A stretch of 64,000 nucleotides of DNA, taken from Candidatus Krumholzibacteriia bacterium. Its GTDB lineage: Bacteria; Krumholzibacteriota; Krumholzibacteriia; JAJRXK01. The stretch is from assembly GCA_041484665.1 (NCBI GenBank), contig JBGPIA010000008.1:96001-160000 (forward strand). Direction: 5' to 3'. Numbering within the stretch: the first letter of the stretch is position 1; each line of letters begins with the position of its first letter. The position numbers and the translations under genes are program-made. Below, one piece after another: positions 40,739 to 47,391 of the stretch. Below the pieces are notes generated by a model, which had not been told where the DNA came from, did not search any database, and saw only the letters and a program-made list of their open reading frames with translations.

Positions 40739-42663
40739 CAGCGCCCCGTCCGCGCGACGACGCGCTTGCCCAGGCTCGCCTGGAACTCGATCTGGAGGAA
40801 ATCGATGGTCACGCCCGCGCTGCGGTTGCCCAGCGGGAGCGCATCCACGGTGAACTGGTGGTCGCCATACCAGCTCCCGCTGGTGTAGAGGGCGTCGCTG
40901 TAGTAGGGCAGGTTGGCGCTGGGCGCCTGCAGCGGGGTCGAGGCGTTGAGCTGCCCGTCGAGCGTCCACTGGATCCCTTCGCCGGCGGCGGGCCCCGTCG
41001 AGCCCGGGCTCCAGCGGACAACACCGCTGCTGAACACCGGACCTGTGGTGATCTCACCGGTGAAGGCGAGGCTGCGCTGGCTGCCGGCAGCGGAGTTCAG
41101 CGCGCCCCAGTCCAGGTCGAGGGGGCTGTCGTCCTGCGCGCCGAAGGTGACGCGTTCGTTTCCGACCCGCACCGCGATCCAGTCGAACTGCACGCTTCCG
41201 GAGAACCCGTCGAAGGCAATGGTGAACAGCCGGTCGGTGTCGATGGCACGCACGGGCAGGTCAAACGTGTCCAGCGTCCAGGTCGTTGGATCCGACGTCG
41301 CGCGCTGCTGGCTGGTGCCGAAGGCCAGCTGCTCGTTCTCGTAGTACACCGTGAAGCTCCATGGGCCCGTGCCGTTGCCCGTGATCCAGCGCAGCGAGAT
41401 CTGACTGCCGGCAGGGATCGTCCCGCTCAGCAGGAACTGTGGCTTGGGCAGGACCGCGACCACTGCGTTGGCGGACACCCCGAGGTTGGCGTCGCCGCCG
41501 TTATTGTTCTGCTGTCCGATCTGCAGGCGGGTCAACGAGAGTGGCGCGCGGCGCGTGAGGCGCGTCTCGCTCGCGGCGATCTCGGCTCCGCGTGAAACCT
41601 CCGCCCGGATGGTGTTCACGCCCAGGTCGAGGGGGACTCCGACGTATCCGAAGGCTGAACCGTCCAGCCAGCCCGGCCCGACCGGCTTGCCGTTGACCAG
41701 GACGACCACGCTATCGGCTTGCGAGTCGTTGATCGTCCCGCCGAGATCCACCGCGCTGCGCGTCGTCACGACGCCTTGGGGCGGCTGGTCGATCGTGATC
41801 ACCAGCGGCGCTTTGCGCACCACGATGACGGTGTCCGCGTTGCTGCCGGACAGCGGTGCTGGCCGGGTGGCCGCCACGATGATGGTGTCGGGGCCGTCGT
41901 GCAACGCAACGTCCGCCGCGAACGAGCCCAGCTGCAGGGGCAAGACTGTGGAAGCAACGCCCGGGCGGAGCGAGATGGTTCCTGCCGTCAGGAAGGGGTC
42001 GTTGACCTGTCCCGTCACGTGCAGCGTGGGGCTGGTGACGTTCTGCCCGTCGGTGGGCACGGTGATCTGCATGACCAGCGGCCCCGTGCCGGGCAGGGAG
42101 TACCCGCGCGGCGGAGCGACCCGCAGCGTCACGGTGCCCTCCACTCCTGGCTGCGCGAATCCCGGAGCGATCCCGATCCACGACACGGCCGTGCTGTCGA
42201 GGAATGCGATCGCTACCAGATTCCAGCCGATGGCAGCCGCGAGCACGCCGTCGGCCACCTGTCCATCGAAGTGCAGCTCGCTTTCGGCGACGATGGGGAA
42301 GCGCGCGCCCAGCAGGGCGCGCCACGACGGCCACGAGAGCACGGGCGGTTGGTACGACTGGATCAGCGACTGGTACGGGGCCGAGACCGGGATTCCGCCC
42401 ACGATGGGGATCCCCGAAGCGTCGAGCACCAGGGCCATCGCGCGGCTGATCGCCCGGCTGGGGCTCGCCCCGGGCAATCCCGGGCGCGCCGCCTGCTGCG
42501 CGCTGTCATCGAACAGAACACGCAGCTCCAACCGCGCGGGGCGGGTGGCGTCGTCGCTCGCGCAGCCGGGCGGCAGCGCGAGCGCCAGCGCGATGAGCAG
42601 AACGCTTCGCACAGCGGCCGCACACAAAGCCGACAGCCGCCGGCGGCACGCCCATCGGGCCAT
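40738..42663 (-). CDS. putative lipoprotein with tandem Ig-like (glucodextranase domain B-like) modules
   Basis: Signal ending PPGC; two ITxP..G...V.G.(V/I).D...F...V.L..G.(D/N)TI modules; AGGAGG 9 nt before ATG 42663. Confidence 0.65.
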   Translation of the reverse strand: MARWACRRRLSALCAAAVRSVLLIALALALPPGCASDDATRPARLELRVLFDDSAQQAARPGLPGASPSRAISRAMALVLDASGIPIVGGIPVSAPYQSLIQSYQPPVLSWPSWRALLGARFPIVAESELHFDGQVADGVLAAAIGWNLVAIAFLDSTAVSWIGIAPGFAQPGVEGTVTLRVAPPRGYSLPGTGPLVMQITVPTDGQNVTSPTLHVTGQVNDPFLTAGTISLRPGVASTVLPLQLGSFAADVALHDGPDTIIVAATRPAPLSGSNADTVIVVRKAPLVITIDQPPQGVVTTRSAVDLGGTINDSQADSVVVLVNGKPVGPGWLDGSAFGYVGVPLDLGVNTIRAEVSRGAEIAASETRLTRRAPLSLTRLQIGQQNNNGGDANLGVSANAVVAVLPKPQFLLSGTIPAGSQISLRWITGNGTGPWSFTVYYENEQLAFGTSQQRATSDPTTWTLDTFDLPVRAIDTDRLFTIAFDGFSGSVQFDWIAVRVGNERVTFGAQDDSPLDLDWGALNSAAGSQRSLAFTGEITTGPVFSSGVVRWSPGSTGPAAGEGIQWTLDGQLNASTPLQAPSANLPYYSDALYTSGSWYGDHQFTVDALPLGNRSAGVTIDFLQIEFQASLGKRVVARTGR

Positions 42664-42879
42664 GGCCGACATCCTCCTGGGAACGCTGAGGTGAGGCTCA
42701 GTGGGGACGGATCGCCGCCCCGAGCGCAAGCATCCTCAAGGAGGGGTACCCTGGCAAGGGCGAACCTGCGGTGTGCCGGGAGACGCGCAGCGTGCTTGGG
42801 GCGAAGTGATCCCGAGCGGCGCGACGCTGCCACGACGATGCCGCGGCGAGATCGCGGCCAGATCGCGCTGGACTCGAGG

Positions 42880-42916
42880 AAGAGAAATCGGCCGGAGGCT
42901 CTCGCCTCCGGCCGAT
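42880..42916 (-). terminator. terminator hairpin downstream of the Cys-Thr repeat gene
   Basis: Perfect 13-bp stem ATCGGCCGGAGGC-N4-GCCTCCGGCCGAT (42887-42916) followed by TTCTCTT on the minus strand. Confidence 0.65.
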
Positions 42917-43000
42917 CGCTTCCATCAGGGCGTGCGCCACGTCGCGCCGCGACGCGCGCGCTTCAAGCGCAGGGCAACCGGTTCGCGACCGTCGTGGTCG

Positions 43001-44392
43001 CTAGCGATCGTACCCGTGCTTGACCTCGCCCCAGCTCTTGGTCGCGTCAGGCACCGGGCAATTGACGCCCAGCGTACAACGTGGCCCGCTCGTGCAGACT
43101 GCAGAGCTCGTGCAGCCGATCGCGCTTGACGTGCAGATTGTCGCCGTCGTGCACACTCCGCCGGTGCAGTTGGCTCCTGCCGTACACCCCGGCCCGGCCG
43201 TGCACGCGAACGGAGCGGCTGTGCAGCCCGCGCCGACCGTGCAAGCGTTCGGACCCTGTGTACATGCGATGCCGAGGGTGCAACCCGCGCCCAGCGTGCA
43301 GGCCTGGGGACCCTGCGTGCAGGTGGGGCCGCCCGTGCAGCCACCGCCGAAGGTGCAGCCCGGTCCGTTCGTGCAGACGTTGCCGGCCGTGCAGCCCGCC
43401 GCGCCCGCCGTGCAGGTCGCGCCGTTCGTGCAGGCGGGTACGCCAGCCGTGCAACCCGCGCCCAGCGTGCAGGCCTGGGGACCCTGCGTGCAGGTGGGGC
43501 CGCCCGTGCAGCCAAGGCCGAAGGTGCAGGCCGGTCCGTTCGTGCAGACGTTGCCGAACGTGCAGCCCGCCGCGCCCGCCGTGCAGCCCGCGCCGTTCGT
43601 GCAGGCCGGTACGCCTGCCGTGCAGCCCGGACCGGACGTGCAGGCCGTCGGATCGAAGGTGCAGTGACCGCCGCCGGTGCAACCCGCGCCCTGGGTGCAG
43701 CCTGCCGCCCCGGCCGCGCCGGATGTGCAGAATGCGCCCCTCGTGCACGCGTCCGGACCGGAAGTGCAGCCAGGGCCCTGCGTGCAGGTCGTGCCGACCG
43801 TACACGCGTGGGGACCGAACGTGCAGTTGTCACTCGAGGTGCAGTTGGTGCAGTTGGTGCAGACCCCGGACGTGCAGCGGTCGCCTGCCGTACAGGCCGC
43901 AGGCCCCGCCGTGCAGTTCGCGCCCATCGTGCACCACGCGCCCGTGGTGCAGCTGGGGCCGTCCGTGCAGACGGGAGACTGAGTGCAGTAGACGCCCTGC
44001 GTACAGCCCGAGCCCTGCGTGCAGGTCGCTCCACCCGTGCAAAGTGACTGCGCCGTGCAGTCGGGAGTCACGGTGCAGATACTCTGCGTGCATTCCGCCC
44101 CCACAGTGCAGTCTTGCGCAAGGGTGCAGTCAGGGCCCTGCGTTTGCTCGTTTGACTTGTCGACGCCGGCCTGCGGTGGGCCGGTCAGGAACGGGTCGCC
44201 GACCTTCCAGACCTTGCCGGCCATCCCGTTGGCGGAGAGATCGATGATGTGCGTGAACAGCGGCGACGCTTCCGCGTCGGTGGCCTGCACCCGCAGACCG
44301 TGCTGGACCGCCACGTAACCGACCGCCCCCACCGCGAGCAGGAGCAGGCACAGGATCCGGGTACATCGGCCGACCTTGAACGTTGTCCTCAT
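43001..44392 (-). CDS. secreted Cys-Thr hexapeptide-repeat protein with SWGEVK C-terminal motif
   Basis: Sec-type signal, ~50-aa non-repetitive segment, 58 CT-initiated units of mostly 6-7 aa, then CPVPDATKSWGEVKHGYDR. GGGGGTGA RBS before ATG 44392 (alternative ATG 44428). Confidence 0.9.
   Translation of the reverse strand: MRTTFKVGRCTRILCLLLLAVGAVGYVAVQHGLRVQATDAEASPLFTHIIDLSANGMAGKVWKVGDPFLTGPPQAGVDKSNEQTQGPDCTLAQDCTVGAECTQSICTVTPDCTAQSLCTGGATCTQGSGCTQGVYCTQSPVCTDGPSCTTGAWCTMGANCTAGPAACTAGDRCTSGVCTNCTNCTSSDNCTFGPHACTVGTTCTQGPGCTSGPDACTRGAFCTSGAAGAAGCTQGAGCTGGGHCTFDPTACTSGPGCTAGVPACTNGAGCTAGAAGCTFGNVCTNGPACTFGLGCTGGPTCTQGPQACTLGAGCTAGVPACTNGATCTAGAAGCTAGNVCTNGPGCTFGGGCTGGPTCTQGPQACTLGAGCTLGIACTQGPNACTVGAGCTAAPFACTAGPGCTAGANCTGGVCTTATICTSSAIGCTSSAVCTSGPRCTLGVNCPVPDATKSWGEVKHGYDR
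43278..43622. repeat. 171-bp (57-codon) tandem duplication inside the Cys-Thr repeat gene
   Basis: The same ~65-bp string begins at 43278 and 43449; protein units 29-37 are repeated as units 38-46. Confidence 0.9.
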
Positions 44393-44525
44393 GACGATAG
44401 AGTCACCCCCCCAGAGATTTGCCCTCATGGGCTTCTGGTTGAGAGAGCTGCAAAAGCACGTCCTGACGAGCGCCGGGCACCAAGGGGGCAGGACGCGCGG
44501 CTGGGACGTGCCCGCAGCATACCTG

Positions 44526-44539
44526 TCTACGATCGTAGA
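44526..44539. promoter_or_regulatory. 14-bp perfect palindrome in the divergent intergenic region
   Basis: TCTACGATCGTAGA. Confidence 0.45.
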
Positions 44540-44715
44540 TCTCTTGGCCTCGGGCGCGATATAGGGAAAACTCTGATGCGGCCACGACGTCGCAGAAGTT
44601 GTTCAGGGACAGCGGGCGGCAGCGGCGCGGGGAGCGATGGGCGCCCGACCCGCGCCCCGGGGACCCCCGGGGCGGCTTGCATCTGCCGGTCCCTTGTGCT
44701 CTGCTCAGGCGCAGC

Positions 44716-47391
44716 ATGCATCCCTTCCTCATCGCTGCTTGCGTCCTGCTCGCCGCTGCCTGCCAGGAGCGCGCGCTCGGTCTCAACGGTCAGGCGCCCA
44801 ATACCTTGCTTGGACTGGTCGCGCTGGTTCTCGCCCTGGTCGCGCTGGTCGGGCCTGCGCCCTCCCCTGCGGAGCCCGGCGGGGGGGCTGCCGCTTCGCC
44901 CGCCCGGCCCACCGCCCAGCCCACGATCGGGCGCCGCGTTTGGGCTGGCGGCATCGCCGGCACTGCCCTGATGCTGTTGGGGCTCATCGCCTGGATTGGC
45001 GGAGTTCGCATCGCGCAGCCGTTCGCCCTGGCTGTGGCATTGGGCGGGGCGGTTCTGGTGCAGCGCCCGGGCGGCTCGCACCAGCGGCTCGCGGGCGCCC
45101 TGCTCGGCTTCGCCCTGCTGCATGCCACCTGCGTGACCGTGCGGGACCACCTCCCGCTCTGGTGGCTGTACGAGCGCGCGAGCGTCGGATTCAGCGGCGC
45201 TGTTTCGGAGCTCAGCGGCCGCCGGCTGGCCCTGGGTCCCCAGTACGCGGGGACGCATCTGGGCGTGATCGCCGGCGTCTACGCAGCGGCGCATCTGCTC
45301 GGTGCCCGGCAGCGGCGCTGGATGTGGGCCGTGCTCGTGCTCGCTCTGCTCCCGCTGGCGGTGGCCCTGCACGTGGCGCTGGGCACGATCGCCTGGTGGT
45401 GGCCGTGGGCGGCCCAGCAGCCGCTGCTGGACGGCGTCGACGCTCCCATCATCCTGTTCGGATTGCTGCTGCTGCCGATTGGATTGCTGTGGCGAACCCA
45501 ACCGCTCGCGCCGCGCGGGGGTGGCCCGCGGGTACGGTCGCAGCCAGGGTCGCAGCCGGACTCTCAGCCCCCGTCGCAGCCACGGTCGCAGCCGGGGTCT
45601 CTGGCCGCCCGCAGGCCGTGGCTCGCCGCGGGCGTGGGCCTCACTCTGCTGGTGCTGGGGATCATCCTCGCCACCTGGGAGCGCGCCGTCCCGGCCGCGC
45701 ACGGCCGGGTCACGATCTGCACGCGTGGCACCTGGTCGACGAAGCTTCCGGTCTGGGGCCTCTACGGCAGCCAGGCGACGACCGGTGCGAACGCCTCTGC
45801 TCTCCCGTTGCTGCTGCAGGACGCCGGCTTCACGGTGGCTCTCCACGACACCGTGATCGATGACGCGCTGCTGCAGGGCACCGACGTGCTGTTCTTCATG
45901 GACCTGGGCGAGAAGCTGGACCCGGCCGAGCGGCAGGCCATCTGGCGGTTCGTCGAGCGCGGCGGCGGACTGCTGGTGCTGGGCGACCACACGGACATCC
46001 AGGGTGTGATGCACCCGACCAACGAGCTGCTGGAGCCCGTGGGAGTCCGCCTGAAGTTCGACTCGGCGATCCCGTTCGTGCCGCGCTGGACCTGGTACAA
46101 CGCCATGCGCCTGCACCCGCATCCAGCGTTGCGCGGCTTGCGCGACGAGAGCGACGTGAAGGTGAGCGTGGGCGCGTCGCTGCAGGCGCCGCCCGGGGCG
46201 CGGCCGCTCCTGACCGGCCGCCTCGCGTTCAGCGACGCGGGCAACCTGTACAACGCCCGGGGCGCCTATCTGGGGAACATGCAGTACGACGCCGGCGAGC
46301 GCACCGGGGACATCCTGCTTGCCGTAGAGGCGCGCTATGGACGCGGCAAGGTGGTGGTGTTCGGTGACACGTCTTCCTTCCAGGTCACCTCGTCCCCCAA
46401 TACCGTGCAGATGGTGTGCGGGCTGTTCCAGTACCTGGCCGATCCGCGCGGCCACGGCCCCGGCGCCGGCCGTCGTCTGGCCGGGAGCCTGCTGCTCGTT
46501 GCCGGCGCGCTCCTGCTGGTGGCCAGCGGCGAGCTGCTGCCGGCCGCTCTGGCCGCGGCCGCGGTGGCCGGTTGGCTGGCCCTGGCCGCCACCGACGCGC
46601 ACGGACGGGTCGACGCGCCGCGTCCCACGCACGGCGCGCTCGCCTACCTCGACCTGGCGCATGGCAACCGCGTCGACCTGCACGCCGGCCAGGTCAACGG
46701 CATCAACGGCCTGCTCCTCACTCTGATGCGAGCCGGTTTGCTGCCGCAGGGGCACAAGGACTTCGATCCGAGCGCCCTGCAACGTGCGGAGCTGGCCGTG
46801 GTGGATGCGCCCGCCTTCTCGTTCTCGGCCGGCGAGATCCGCGCCCTGCACCACTACGTTGAGCAGGGTGGCAATCTGATCGTGTCGGTCGGCTGGGAGG
46901 AGCGCAACGGTGCCCAGGCACTCTTGTCCAGCTTCGGCTACGCCATCGGGCGTACGCCCATCGGCGCCGCCCACGACGCGATCTGCAGCATCGACCGCCA
47001 TTACGCCAACATGCACGAGTCGTGGCCGGTGGAGCGCCCCGCGGCGCGCGGCGAGGTGCTCGTCAGCTCATGGAACTACCCGCTGATCGTGCTCGAGGCG
47101 ATCGGCAAGGGTCACTTGCTGGTCATCGGAGACTCATTCTTCCTGCTGGACGGCAACCTCGAGAGCAGCGAGTCGTTCAACGCCAACAACATCCTGTTCG
47201 TGCGCGCGGTGCTCGAGCGCATGCTTGGGCGGGAGCTGGGGCCGCCTGAGGAGCCGTCCCACCGTTCCGTGCGGATCGCGCCGCGGACGGCAGACCAGCC
47301 CGCGCAACCCGCGGCAGCCGGCGCCGGCGACACTCCAGCACGGCACGATCCGGTCACGCCACCACGGCGCTCGCACGGAGGGACCCCGTGA
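44716..47391 (+). CDS. polytopic membrane protein with two GldG/GIFT(DUF4350)-like extracytoplasmic domains (paralog A)
   Basis: About 9 TM segments; TDVLFF...FVERGGGLLVLGDHT...GKVVVFGDTS; 2 TM segments; LDLAHGN...YVEQGGNLIV...GKGHLLVIGDS. Confidence 0.8.
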   Translation: MHPFLIAACVLLAAACQERALGLNGQAPNTLLGLVALVLALVALVGPAPSPAEPGGGAAASPARPTAQPTIGRRVWAGGIAGTALMLLGLIAWIGGVRIAQPFALAVALGGAVLVQRPGGSHQRLAGALLGFALLHATCVTVRDHLPLWWLYERASVGFSGAVSELSGRRLALGPQYAGTHLGVIAGVYAAAHLLGARQRRWMWAVLVLALLPLAVALHVALGTIAWWWPWAAQQPLLDGVDAPIILFGLLLLPIGLLWRTQPLAPRGGGPRVRSQPGSQPDSQPPSQPRSQPGSLAARRPWLAAGVGLTLLVLGIILATWERAVPAAHGRVTICTRGTWSTKLPVWGLYGSQATTGANASALPLLLQDAGFTVALHDTVIDDALLQGTDVLFFMDLGEKLDPAERQAIWRFVERGGGLLVLGDHTDIQGVMHPTNELLEPVGVRLKFDSAIPFVPRWTWYNAMRLHPHPALRGLRDESDVKVSVGASLQAPPGARPLLTGRLAFSDAGNLYNARGAYLGNMQYDAGERTGDILLAVEARYGRGKVVVFGDTSSFQVTSSPNTVQMVCGLFQYLADPRGHGPGAGRRLAGSLLLVAGALLLVASGELLPAALAAAAVAGWLALAATDAHGRVDAPRPTHGALAYLDLAHGNRVDLHAGQVNGINGLLLTLMRAGLLPQGHKDFDPSALQRAELAVVDAPAFSFSAGEIRALHHYVEQGGNLIVSVGWEERNGAQALLSSFGYAIGRTPIGAAHDAICSIDRHYANMHESWPVERPAARGEVLVSSWNYPLIVLEAIGKGHLLVIGDSFFLLDGNLESSESFNANNILFVRAVLERMLGRELGPPEEPSHRSVRIAPRTADQPAQPAAAGAGDTPARHDPVTPPRRSHGGTP
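45538..45597. repeat. 5 x 12-bp in-frame tandem repeat (SQPx)
   Basis: TCGCAGCCAGGG TCGCAGCCGGAC TCTCAGCCCCCG TCGCAGCCACGG TCGCAGCCGGGG. Confidence 0.85.

Noticed and set aside
43050..44130. Regular GTGCA-containing DNA repeats resembling a CRISPR array
   Set aside because: The period is 18/21 bp and in frame, with no constant 25-40-bp repeat, no unique spacers and no cas genes; it is the coding repeat.
42925..44247. Alternative ORFs over the repeat gene (VQP-rich, ARRA-rich, LH-rich, CSR-rich)
   Set aside because: They are frame and antisense shadows. Only the CT frame has a signal peptide, RBS and terminal motif.
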